A DNA stretch of 64,000 nucleotides from Azolla caroliniana (Eukaryota > Plantae > Polypodiophyta): contig JBHGNT010000003.1 of assembly GCA_043228905.1 (NCBI GenBank), positions 7,564,001-7,628,000 on the forward strand, read 5' to 3'. Numbering within the stretch: position 1 is the first letter of the stretch; the number at the start of each line of letters is the position of its first letter. The translations under genes were made by a program, and so were the position numbers. Positions 13,501 through 25,492 of this stretch are shown piece after piece. The notes beneath the pieces are model-generated. The model ran no database searches and was not told the DNA's origin. It worked only from the letters and a program-made list of their open reading frames with translations.

Positions 13501-13578
13501 GATGGTGTGCAGGGAGCCGCGGCCAACAAATTCCTCGAGGGAGAAAGAAGCAGAGAAGCTGGAGCCGAAGATGGCCAT
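10573..13578 (-). CDS. SAM-like N-terminus fused to a peroxiredoxin-like 2A (FAM213A/AhpC-TSA_2) domain with CxxC (4 exons)
   Basis: Exons 13578-13402, 12323-11554, 11430-11322, 10926-10573, in frame. Motifs EGWDDVPTLK, DALEIR.YLHDR.LMQY, GMKRGHVARF, CIRRPGCVMCRAEAH.LYSRKPIFDALG, FWPRFWGG, YQFAERNIGDWAP. Confidence 0.9.
12300..13380. repeat. About 222-bp tandem triplication spanning the intron 1/exon 2 acceptor, plus shorter TTAGGG-rich repeats
   Basis: tagattctaatc(t/c)ccaatgc..ctgtttt recurs at 12301, 12522 and 12746. Many gattagggtt motifs; TTTAGGGTTAGGGTTAGGG at about 13354-13372. Confidence 0.8.
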
Positions 13579-13721
13579 GGCGCAGAGCAGAGCAGAATCA
13601 GAGACAGAGACAGAGACAGAGACAGAGACAGAAGCAGAGTCAAGAAGAGAACAGAGAGAAGGAAGAGTCAAGACGAAGAAGAAGAAGAAGAAGAAGAAGA
13701 TATGTAGGCCTCCCGGAGTGC

Positions 13722-13731
13722 GCCACGTGGC
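13722..13731. promoter_or_regulatory. Palindromic G-box upstream of the PRXL2A-like gene
   Basis: GCCACGTGGC, about 145 bp upstream of the ATG. Confidence 0.5.
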
Positions 13732-14045
13732 ACCTGTTTGACCAGGTCTTTGGTTCAGGCCAGGTGGATCTTTGACCGTGTCTTGACCTTGACTCTATTT
13801 GACTCTCCACCGCCCCCCCCCCAACAAAAGAAGCCGCCCATTTCATTTCTTTTACTTTTTACTTCTTGCTTTTGTTTTCCAAACAAATTTACTTTTTCCT
13901 TTTCTTTTACCCTCCTCTCTCGCCTTTCTCTCTCTCTCTCTTTCTCGTAATTAACACTACGAGCACTCTGTCTTGGGTTCGAAACCCAATTTTCTCTCTT
14001 CTCTCTATTATATAGTCTTCATATATCTCTCTTAATTCACTAGAG

Positions 14046-14131
14046 GCCACTATGGAATGTAGGGGGTTGAACCCATATGACCACTTGGTCTCCAATGGGC
14101 AACCTTACCAACTGAGCTACATCCATCTGGG
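14046..14131 (-). mobile_element. Free-standing tRNA-derived (SINE-like) unit
   Basis: Minus strand: A-box TAGCTCAGTTGG (from 14119) and B-box GGTTCAACCCC. Aligns by eye to 62492-62573 with about 7 substitutions and 4 single-base gaps over about 86 nt. Abuts a (CT)n tract. Confidence 0.7.
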
Positions 14132-14132
14132 T

Positions 14133-14190
<58 letters not shown>

Positions 14191-15450
14191 GAATCGGTAA
14201 ATACCCCATTTTTGTTGTAAACAAATTGTCTCATGGGCCAATTTTGGTCTTAGAAGAAGTTAATATTTCTTTCTTTCTCTCTCTCTCTCTTTCTCTCTCT
14301 TGTCTCTCACCATCATGGGCGCAGGCCGCAGCCTGAAAGCATAGGCATAGTTTTGCACCAATTGGATGGATGGTTGGTCCCTCACCCAATTGGTATGCCT
14401 ACTCTGCCACATTGGAAAGGAGCTGCTTCCTACAAAATTGTCCTATCGGTTGTTATTGCCCAATGGATGCCCATACATTCTTTGTAGGCCAATATATCCA
14501 ATAAGACAATATCTTGGGGGTGTCCAAAGATTGAGACATTGTTTTAGAACATTTCAAGAAAAGGATATTGCAGGAAATGAGACCTAGACAAGCATATGAG
14601 AAGTGAAAGCATTGGGGGTTTGTAACACATCAATTGGATAACTAATAAAAAAATACATATTGGCAATTGATATCTCTTTGCTTGCCGCAAATTCTAGGCT
14701 TTGCAAAGGCTTGTGTTATGTTAAAATGCCGCACAACTTTTTTGAGTGTGTTTGACTCCTATTGTATATGGTTTGACAACACGTTTTGAAGTTGACATTG
14801 AACTTGGTTTTTGTTTGCGATACACTCCTTTTTTTTTCAAATGCCTTCAAGATGTTGAGATATATACATGTCAATGGTCTTATTTTAACAAAAAGTGAAG
14901 TGAAAACGTGTTACCTCTTTGCAAAACATTTCTAATGCTTGTGTGAGGATCCAAAAGCGCTTGAAAGAAGAGTCCATGATGGGTTTTAGCCTTTCCTTTT
15001 TCATGCAAATGAAAATAACAATATAAAACATGAATAGTTTCGGAAAAAGCATGGAGAGAGACACTAACTCTCCTTGACCCACTAAACATACCACCCAACC
15101 TCCCTTTGTCCAACTTCCAATATATCTCATGTTGTGAGTCACGGGTGTCTTCTCCATGTGTCAAGAAGACTTAGAAGCCCATGTCTCACAGGGCCTTCTC
15201 TACCCATCGAGAAGGCCCTCGCCTCAATCTGTCGAGGTGATGTGTCGTGGTTTTGATCACAGAACCCCTCAACACAAAGGATGTGTTACAATGGGCACCT
15301 TCTCTACCCGTTGAGAAAGGCCCTCACCTCAATCCGTTGAGGTGGTGTGTTGTGGTTTTGATCATGGAACCCCTCAACACATCAGATATGTTACAATGGG
15401 TGCCTTCTCTACCCGTCGAAAAAGGTCCCCACCTCAATTTGTCGAGCTAG

Positions 15451-16209
15451 TGTTGTGGTGCCTTTCGGCACCATATCGTTGCGTGAGTTGGGTGGGAACC
15501 GCTGGGGTTTTGGACTAGGAGGAAGAAGAATTTGAGATGAATCTAGTTAAGAATATATTGTAAGAAATATATAGGAAACTTGTGAATCCCACAAGAATAG
15601 TTTGTTAGTTTTATTAATATTTAAAACCTAATTGAACTTTGGAATAGCTTAGAATCAATAGGAATAGATTGGAAAAGAGAGATCAAAAACCTTGTGAATC
15701 CCACGAGTATTATATTAATCAAGATTTAGACCCTCAAATCAACAACAAATCTTTACAATTTGCTTCCCCATCCTTATATAGTGATGGGAGAGTCTAAGTT
15801 TACCACACGCAAGCATCATGCCTTTTCTAGCTCTAGTGTACATGCACACTACATGTCCATGATTAACTTTCCCCATCATGCTTTTCCTTTAACTCAAGTG
15901 TTCATGCACACTACACGTGCATGATTAACTTTTCTATCATACTTTTTCATTTAACTCAAGTGTGTAAGCATGAATAACTTTATCTATCATGCTTATCTAG
16001 AATATTTACATGGGATAAAGTTTAGTATAACTTTAGTATTTATAATGTGCTAGTGCAATGGTAATGCTTAAAATTATTAACATGGAGGTACAGGGTTCAA
16101 ATGTTGCCTTATGCATGTAATTATTTTAGTATTTTCTCCTATTTCTTTATACTTAGTCAATCGGGTTCTCCACACATATTTTATGTAGTGTACAAAGTAT
16201 ACGACAACA
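15451..16209 (-). mobile_element. Solo LTR-like insertion
   Basis: TGTTGTGGT...ACGACAACA (8/9 inverted repeat), splitting the third 105-bp repeat unit. Minus-strand TATATAAG at about 15773-15780. No clean TSD. Confidence 0.6.
16044..16115 (+). ncRNA. tRNA-like Pol III cassette inside LTR U3 (degenerate)
   Basis: A-box TAGTGCAATGG at 16051, then GAGGTACAGGGTTCAAAT (variable loop plus B box, T54 at 16096). Spacing 45 nt; TTTT at about 16124. Confidence 0.6.
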
Positions 16210-17200
16210 ATGTGTTGTGGTTCCAATAACGAAACTCCTTAACACATCGGATGTGTTACAACCCAAATGTATTCCACTGTTAAACCAACAAAGCAAGACA
16301 AAGACTCTCCTCTCCCCTCCCATGAATCTCATGAAACATTCGAAATTAATAGTGAGAAAATGAACCTTCCTCCTAACCAAAAACATTGTAAATGAGGGTC
16401 AGGTTCATACGTATACGTTTTCTATAGCCCTCCATCTGAAAATATTTCTAGCTAAAATTGACCCATGAGAAAGGAGAACCTACCGCCTAACCAGACCAGA
16501 CGTTGTACGAAATCGAGGGCCAAGTTCATACCTTCTATTGCGCTCCATTTCAAAATACTTCCAAAGTCTGTCACTCACCATGGGCCCTTCCTCTCCCTCT
16601 CGAAGCTCTCAGTCAACTTGTTTGTAGTGCCTAACATCTCGAAAAACCAAGAGATCTTACAGAACACACACACGCACACACACACGTATGTGTGTCGTGG
16701 GGCCCGAGCTCACACGCGCGCGCGCTCACATCATTTAGCACCGTGATAGGCAGTTGCCACTTGTCCGCAGCTCATGCCGCCACGTGTCACACAGGCGACG
16801 ATGCCACCTGGCGGAGGTGACACGTCAGTCATCTCACGGCAAACCTTCCTTGCTGGTCTTTCTTTTTCTTCATCTTCTCCTTCTTCTCCTTCTTCTTCTT
16901 CTTCTTCTTTGTCGTTGTCTTCCTTCTTAAAATCGGCGAGAGCTCTGCAGGTGAGAGAAATGATGGCGGAAGGTCCATCCAACAGAAGCAGAGCAGACGA
17001 ACCAGCATTGCCAGAAGAAGAAGACGAAGACGAAGACGAAGACGAAGAAGAAGAAGAAGAAGAAGAAGAAGAAAGAGAAGAAAGGAGGGAATTGTTCTTC
17101 ATCTGCATCGCTCTCTTCTCATCCATCGTTCCTTCCCCTTCTGCTTGCTGCTGTATGCACTAACTGTTCAACCTCCTCTGCGGTAGAGGTAGAGAGGGCC

Positions 17201-20200
17201 ATGTTCCCATTATTTCGAAACGTTTGGTAAGTTTTAAAAAAGTGCGCCTTTTTGAATTTTTTTTTTGCTTTGTTTTTTGCATGCAGATGATAACGCTTTA
17301 TTTAGGGTTTATCTGTGTAAGTATTTATGTGGGTTAGTCTTTGTAAGAGAAATAGATAGATAGATAGATTATATTATCCTCTTCGGAGAGAGATAGTTTC
17401 TTCTCAATAATTTTCTGTTCTTTGGGGTGAATCAGGCAAATAGAGAAGATCTCAGGGCCTTGGGAGGATGCCATCATCTCTGTCTTCCTGGTGTTGTTCG
17501 GAGGTCTTATGTCAGGTCTCACACTGGGACTCATGTCCCTAGACCTTGTAGAGCTCGAGGTTCTTCAAAGAAGTGGTAGCCCAAGAGAACAAAAACAAGC
17601 ATGTAAGAAGATTATTGTCTTAAAAAATCTGTTTTTCTTTGTCTTAGGGTAAAAATTATCTCCATGGGTTCATTCTTTCTAGAGGTTCGTAAAAGACCCC
17701 TGTTTAATGCATCCTTTCAACTGAGGAATCATTGTTTATTTGTTTAGAACAAGGCTTCCAATAAGTTGAATGACACTTGGATTGACACTTTGCATGTGGT
17801 CGTACACACACACACACACACGTTACACACGCACCCTAAAACTGTGACTTAGGCAATGTGGACTTTAGTTGAATGAACATTGAAAAATGGATAGGAAATA
17901 GGGTTTCATCAATGCACTGTTCTAGCAAATGTGGTAGTGGTAGCCTTGAGGATTTTGTACATTAATAGCTGAGGATATAAAAGCATATTATCTGATCGGA
18001 AAAACTAGCTCATCAATATTATAGCATAAGGAAAAGAAATATTTCTTGAAACAGGTAGAAATCGTTTTATTACATGGACTTATCGATTGAGTGCAATTGA
18101 AAGGAATCACTGGAATCATACATATAGTGCACATTAAAAAATAAATCGACAATGTATTCATTACCGTCAGCATTTTACGTCCAGACCTGATTTGCAAGGT
18201 GCATGGGCAACATTTCATAAAAAAAAGGGATATAAGGGAAGTTCTAGAACTTCTAGAATTTTCTTTCTACCTCGTAATGATAGTTTGGTGGTACTGTCCC
18301 ATGACAAAATTATTCATTCCTTACATTCCTTTGACATCATTTTTCCTCAAGTGAACATTCTACGAAACCCATACATAACTACTTTTAGATGTCTGTTTAC
18401 TCAATTATTTGGCAAACTACTGGTCTAGAATCAAGGCATAAAGGATTATGCTAGTAGTTGGTTTACTTTAGTTCTCTACCGAGACAAAGAATCACTTCTC
18501 AGCTGCATACTGATTCAAGATATTGTGCTCTTTGTATTTTATTATTCTGTTGGAGTTTGAGCTAATCAGACATATAGAGTGCTCTTCACCAGAATCATTT
18601 TCATTCAAATTTAGACTTGGTCTTAATTTTCTTAATCGTTTTTTGCAGCATCAGTTCTACCAGTTGTTAGGAAGCAACATCAACTTCTAGTAACACTTGT
18701 ACTATGTAATGCTATTGCAATGGAGGTACACACTTGTGGTGTTCTTCTTGTTACATTTCATCAGAATAGTACGAATTAGGTGCAAGTTCAAGAGCTAGGA
18801 TTAACATTTTACAGGCATTGCCAGTCCTTTTGGACAACATGTTTAGCACTTTTGTTGCTGTTATTCTTTCGGTCACTTTTGTGCTGGCATTTGGTGAGGT
18901 AATCCTACTTGAATTCTCTCACTTAAAGTTGAAGCTATTTTGCGTTAAGTATCATTTCATGAATTTGGTGTTTGCAGATAATTCCACAAGCGATTTGTTC
19001 AAGGAATGGGCTGGCTATTGGAGCGTACTTAGGTTGGCTAGTTCGGATATTGATGGTTATATGCTTTCCGGTAGCTTATCCGGTTGGAAAGGTGAATCAC
19101 CCTCTGACAAGTTGCTAACTCTTTTCTTCTTTTCCAGCCTAAGTGGAATATAGCATCTACAATCTTTCTGGGTGTTGCACTTACTGCAATATTTTCTTGT
19201 AAATCTCTAATATTTTGACCAAGGAAGTGAACTGGGCATCTAATCCTGGTCTATTGAATATGGTCTTATGGTTTGTATATCTTTGATTGGGTAGTCCAAA
19301 TCAGGTTGGTTATGTTCCCAGTGTTTGCAACTCTAGCACACCTGGCACCACATAGTATATATCTTTAATCTCAAATCTATGCATTGACGTGTGAACTGTG
19401 GAATCAATTTAAAAGGCTGTTTGTTTCAGTTGCTTGATTTCTTACTTGGGCGTAATCAATCAGAGTTGTTCAGGAGGTGTCAACTGAAGGCCTTTGTATC
19501 GATCCATGGACAGGAGGTAAGATTAGGATAATTAAGAAAATATGTGATAATTAAGAATAAGATTGCAAAAATCTAAATACTACTTTTAAAATATAAAAAA
19601 TGTCACTTACTCAGAAGAGGAAGAGGGTGGACACACATAGCACAGGTTACTATAGATTATGTCACACTAGACATAGATCCTGAAGTTTCCCCAAATATAC
19701 TAGTCCTCAATTGATATACCATTAGATTTTTGAAGGATCCGCGAGTGTTCGTCTATACTGGAGTACTGTTGTCTCTTTACTGGAGATTCTTTTAAACATG
19801 ATGATAACCAACATTTTCTCGCATTCATTTAAGAAATAATGTTATATTGATATAAAGGTCCTACAGGCATATTGAACCATCGTGGGTGCTCATAACTGAG
19901 AGGAATCAGCTTTGAAAGAAGAAATAACTTTTTGTTGGGCTTCTAGAAACATCCAAAGTTTGGATACTCTGGTTATCTTCATACAAACTATGAAATTAAG
20001 TGCATTATAATTATTGATACACTACCCAAATAGAAGAGGATACGTAAAGGAAGAAGGTATAGAGGATGAAAAATGAAAGGAATGTCATATTGATCTCTGT
20101 TAAAAAAGTTGACCTATTAACGGAAATTAATCTGGTATAAGACCAAAAGATACAACAATTTGGTATAGTACCAAGGTTACGCAAAAATCTAGAGAGAGTG

Positions 20201-23200
20201 GTAATGAAGGTCTTCATATGGAGAGTAATGACTGGGGGTTTACCTTTGGGATTGACACTAAAGAGATGTAGGCTAGCAACATGCATTTGCTTCTTTTGCA
20301 CTGTCAAGTGGAAGATAATACTCATCCTTTCATACATTTCTCAATTGCTCATCAACAGACGTGGACTAACAGCAAGCATCACTTCTTTTGCACTCTTCAA
20401 GTGGAAGATAGTACTCATCTTTTCATGGAACGCCTGATTGCGCATCAAGAGACATGGACTAGCCACAGGAAATTGCTTCCTTTACACTGTTCAAGTAGAA
20501 GATAGTACTCATCCTTTCATATAATACCCTATTGCTCATCAAGAGACATGGACTAGCGACTGATAACTGCTTCTTTTTTAGTATTCAAGTGAAAGATAGT
20601 ACTCATCCTTTCATACAAGGCCTGATTGCTTGTCAAGAGACATGGATAACAAGTATTTGCTTCTTTTGCAATATTCAAGTGGAAGATAGTGCTCATCCTT
20701 TCATGCAATGCCCAATTGCTCGTCAGTTTTGGGTTACATTCCTCAGATTTGGCAAGTTTTGTTGCACTGTTTTGACTCCAAGACAGTGAATGTTTGCAAA
20801 ATCTACATAACTTGACTTGTGATAAGAGATGGAGATCATTTTCCATTTTCTGAGATATTAGGGGTTACGTCATGATTGGGATATGTGCAGTACTTTGTTA
20901 TTTTGATGGTATAGCATATTTATGAAAGTTGAAGGGAGCATTGATGTGGAAATTTTGTTTATTGGACCAAGTCGAAATTATTTGCTTGGTGGAGTGTTCA
21001 TCTTGCCTATTGGCAATTCAGCATGTCCCAGTACTCATGTAGCGGTGACACTACCCAATTGTGGTACTACAGTAGTGTTTTACACACACACAATTTTAGT
21101 GATGTAAGTGTCTGTTTCCACCAAGGGAGAGAGAGATAGATACATATCCTTTTTAGGGAGAGAGAGAGAGAGAGAGAGAAAGAGAGTCACTGTGGTCATT
21201 TTGAAGATAGGAAGGTAAAGGAGGCGAACTTTCTCAAAATGAAACAAATATTATAATCGGTGCTCTTGATCTTAGTCTGAAGGTACGTGATTGTCCGCTT
21301 CCCCTTCACATTTTGTAATCTTTTTTTAAAGCTGGATGTGTCCTGTGTCTTGCAGACTGTAAAAGAGGCAATGACCCCGATAGATTCAACCTTCTCTCTA
21401 GATATAAATTCAAAGTTAGATTGGTACTCTCTCTCTCTCTCACACACACACACAGATTCATTACTGTTTGTATCAAAACTATAAACTCTTAGTGATCATA
21501 AGGTTTTCTAGCTAAGGGTTATGTGTTTCTTGATTTGTAAATGTATGCAGCAGACTTTTTTGGTATGGCTACATGTCCGTCAATTCCATATGTTTCGCAT
21601 AGAATCATGGTCTTCTAATGCTGTGATGAAATATCTACTCTTATTTATTTGTAACTTCCTTGTTTATGGGTATGCTGAAGAATATACTCTTGTAATCTTA
21701 TTAGCGATATTTTGCTATATTTTATCGGAGGATTACATTACTGCAGGGAAACATTGAATAGTATATTGTCCACAGGACATAGCCGAATTCCTGTGTATTC
21801 AGGAAACAAGGAAAATTTGATTGGGATAATTTTGGTACTATTTCACACGTTCCATTTGTTATATATTAGTTTAATCATGTATGAAAACAGTAATCCATGT
21901 ACATCATTTTTTTTATAAGGTAAAGAGCCTTTTAACCCTGCCTCCTGAAGCCAACACTCCCATTAGCACTGTACACATACGGGAATTACCAAGGTGCCAA
22001 TACATTCTCTTATCTATTGATCTATTAGTGTTGAGTAAGAAAACAAAGGTTTTAATGGTTAGTTTATTGACAATGGTTTCATGGTATGTTACCAGAGTGC
22101 CTGCAGATACACCTCTGTATGATGTATTGAATGAATTCCAAAAAGGGAAAAGTCATATGGCAGCTGTAGTGAACAGAAATGCAGGTAAAAATCATTGGAA
22201 GGTAAAATACTCACTGTCAAGATCTATTGGGTAGAATTGTAGACATTTAACATATGACGTTAATGTGAAAGGTATAAAGCATGCTCTACCTGATACAACA
22301 TCAATTGCTGAAGCAGAATATAGTAAAGTTCGTATTGAGAAAAAAGATATCAAGGCAGGTTCTGAAGATGTAAAGTCTAATATAGACTATACAAGGACAG
22401 TTGCTGAATGCAAATCTGATATCAATCATTATGAGCATATAGTAACTATTGAGAATCAAGATTCAGAGGGGGCTTCTGAGTGGCATCGAAAAGATGCAAG
22501 CGACAAAGCGAAGTATAGGTCAACAAAATGGCATTCTGACGGTCAAGGGGATGAGGTCATTGGAATAATTACACTCGAAGATGTTTTTGAAGAGCTCATT
22601 CAAGTAAGTTAATATCGTCAGTATATGCGAATCAATCTCTTCATACCGTTGTGTGTTGATGTGAACTATAGCATGAGGTCAGGTCCATGTGTATGAATAA
22701 ACATGTGATAGCTGAGGAAATGATTGTGTGCATGACATGTGTATGTGTGTTAGTACAAGGCTAAACATTTAGCTGTGAAATTGTGAATTATTTCAGTACT
22801 TTGAGGGAAGCCATTTGTTATATTGGCATGTTATTGCAATCTGTAAACTTTGTACACACTTGGTAGTTCTATCGCTACTGTTCCAGGGATTAATCTTTGT
22901 ACCATGCATTTATTATTTGTCCATAATTATTTAAGTTAAAATGGAAGTGGTAATATGTATAATAAAATTGTGTTGTTTATACTTTAAATGTTTTAGGCAA
23001 TTTATTTGGTATAATTAAGCAGGGTAGTATCTATCTGTGATCATCCAATGTTCCATGTAGTTCATTAACATAATAACTCTTTCTGTCTATTTATTTATTG
23101 TTAAGATTATTCTAATGTGATTTATTAATATATTGAAGAGATCACCTAGATTGTACTAAATAGAGATATATGATAAACTATATACAGGGGGAGATCGTTG

Positions 23201-23688
23201 ATGAAACTGATCGATACATTAATGTGCACAAAAGGTATATATGAGAGTCTCTTTGCAATTTCGAGCCATTTTGTGTGAATTTACTTCATTATTGAAGCAT
23301 ATCTTCTTAATATGGAACTATTGGTAATATATGTACTAAGTTCAGAATAAAGGTTGCTGTTGGATCTGAGGCCCCAGTCTTTTCGTTTCGTCACAATCAA
23401 GAATGGCATGTGAGTCTCAAGCCTTTTGTTTAAGTGCCCTTTCATTCATTTACTACTGGTGTAAGAAATTGAAAGAGGAAATACAATCATTGAAACAGTA
23501 AAAATACAATATTATGAGCATTACTATTCTCTTTTGAAATTGAACGAAATAAACTGATGCCTTCTTTTGTAATGTAGAACGAATTCGGATCAAGCGCCAT
23601 GACGAAGAGCTTCATGAAGGTTCCAGATACAAGTTCTATCATGGATACAGTTCATGAAGTTAGAAGACCACTTCTGGATGAAACATAG
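17201..23688 (+). CDS. CNNM / DUF21-CBS domain membrane protein, putative Mg2+/metal transporter (15 exons)
   Basis: Exons 17201-17226, 17436-17602, 18649-18725, 18815-18898, 18978-19091, 19430-19516, 21211-21282, 21356-21423, 21747-21834, 21920-21993, 22096-22184, 22272-22603, 23188-23234, 23346-23409, 23578-23688. Motifs LVLFGGLMSGLTLGLMSL, QHQLLVTL, FGEIIPQAIC, GHSRIPVY, LNEFQKGKSHMA, GIITLEDVFEEL, EIVDETD. The first exon is least certain. Confidence 0.9.
19860..20900 (+). mobile_element. L1-type LINE 3' fragment (zf-RVT region) with a 94-bp x5 tandem array, in CNNM intron 6
   Basis: KVFIWRVMTGGLPLG..LKR...CFFC..E...H.F..C motif. Repeat starts at about 20262, 20356, 20449, 20543 and 20637. 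Resembles the LINE end at about 51850-52150. Confidence 0.7.
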
Positions 23689-25274
23689 CATAACAATCTC
23701 AGAAGGAGCTTTGTTTTGCAAAGTTGAACATATTTTTTATTTGGATGAATATGTTCACGATTGTAAATATCACTACATAGTTAGAGACAAGATGGAGCTT
23801 TTAATTAATGGTGCTAGTTCTCAAGGCATTCAACCATGTTTTGTCTTATCGGTGAACCATAATCTTGTCAAGGAAGAGCTCTGAATCGATGTGGTAGGAT
23901 TTGTAAGTTAGATGTTCCGAGTGATTGATATTTGAGTGCGATCACGCTGACATGAATCAAGGCGGCAATTACTGGTCATATTGGTGAGTAGGCATCCTAT
24001 TTCTGTTACTAGTGAATACTTCAAAAGCCCTACACTTCTAGTGAATATTGATGTGATTATGGATGCTTTTGCTTTTGTAGATAGTATAATCATGTTTTTG
24101 TCTTCAAGAAATAACTCTTTATCTGTGTGATTCCTCTCTATGGAGTTTGTCTTGAAATTCCAGCTTTCCATGGACTGGTGATTGCATTCATACAAGGATC
24201 TTGGAGGCTGGCAAACCTAAATGTTACCTAGTCTCCATATGCTAGTATTTTGCAGGCTTGGAACCTTAAATGTTTAAAGAATATTAAAGAAGGGAAGAAA
24301 ACCTTGTTAAGGATTATGAAGTTCTTTCTTCATAGATTGTGGTATTTTTCTTATAATTTCCTGTTGTTTCTTGTAAAGGCATGAATAACATGTGTAGTTT
24401 GTAGGGTTGATGAAGAAGAGATTCTCTTGGTGTATACAATTGATGTTATTTATTAGCATAATGATTAAAGTGATTATAACAAATTTTCATTGGGGGATGA
24501 ATGATTAGATAGAGCAGCAAAGGGCATTATGTGGAATTAGAAAGATGAGGCGAGTTGTGCGTTGATTAAAAGCCAAATTGAGCCGATTTACATTTGTATT
24601 AACATGTTCTCTTATTCCTGAAAGAGGTTTGAATCTTCATATCTGGAATTTACATATATATCAAAAATATATTTATGATTCCATGAAATTACTAAGCTAC
24701 ACAATTGTTTGTAAAATCCACGTTGGTTTAATTTGTTTATCCATCGGATTCAATGGCTAAGGTAGTATTTCTCCTTATCTCATTTCACGACGATATTGCA
24801 AATGATTGGCATAGAGACTCCGGGTACAAGGCAATTTGATAAAGAAAACTTTCTTGATACTGTGTAATTAAGATGTGAATTCTATTTTGATCCTCGGAAA
24901 ATGCGTAATTTTATTAAAATTGTTGAAAACATGATGAAGAATCCAAGACATGACTCATATTGCATAGAACTAAAGTTGTTCATGGAATCTTGGAGATCTT
25001 ATGGATATGGATTGTGTTGGTGTTATTGCATTGTTGGCAAGGCCATCATTGATATCTTGATATACACCTACAACAATACACCTCACACCCAAATAGACAA
25101 TGTTCACTAACATAGGTATACACTCGATCTTCGATGAGATATAGTAAAGATAGACTTTCATGTTTCCTCGCTGAGATTAAAAGCAAAGTCTACGGTAGTT
25201 TCCATGATCTTTCTCACAAATGCTGATGTGTTAAAAAGCCTACATATAAAGATGTACCGAGCAGTTAATGTTTG

Positions 25275-25492
25275 TATCGAATCGATCGACTAGAGTGTGC
25301 GAAGAAGCTGACTTGCAATCGATCGATCGATTTGATTGCGATCCATTGGATCGCAGAAGAAGTGCCCATTGGATTTCAGAAGAAGTTGAATGCAATCCAA
25401 TCGATCAGATCGCGGAAGAAGCTAGTTTGCAGTCCATATCGGATCGATTGATCGATTGATCAGATTGTGTAAGAAGCGCCATCGATCGATCT
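25275..25492. repeat. GATC/ATCGAT-rich imperfect repeat upstream of VPS37
   Basis: Many atcgatcgat, gatc and gaagaag units. Confidence 0.7.

Larger units (their letters stand above)
14400..16260 (+). mobile_element. Degenerate Gypsy 3' end and LTR (14621-16260) with a triplicated terminal segment, interrupted by a solo LTR
   Basis: SYRLLLP remnant and a G-rich tract precede TGTAACACATC (14621). The inverted end GAT(G/A)TGTTACA occurs three times, ending at 15290, 15395 and 16260. Confidence 0.6.

Noticed and set aside
15190-15450. Hammerhead ribozyme / retrozyme repeat
   Set aside because: No CUGANGA...GAAA core found on either strand.
18238-18259. HSE-like GAAgTTCtaGAAcTTCtaGAA in a CNNM intron
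   Set aside because: Spacing alternates 4 and 5 bp, out of HSE register.
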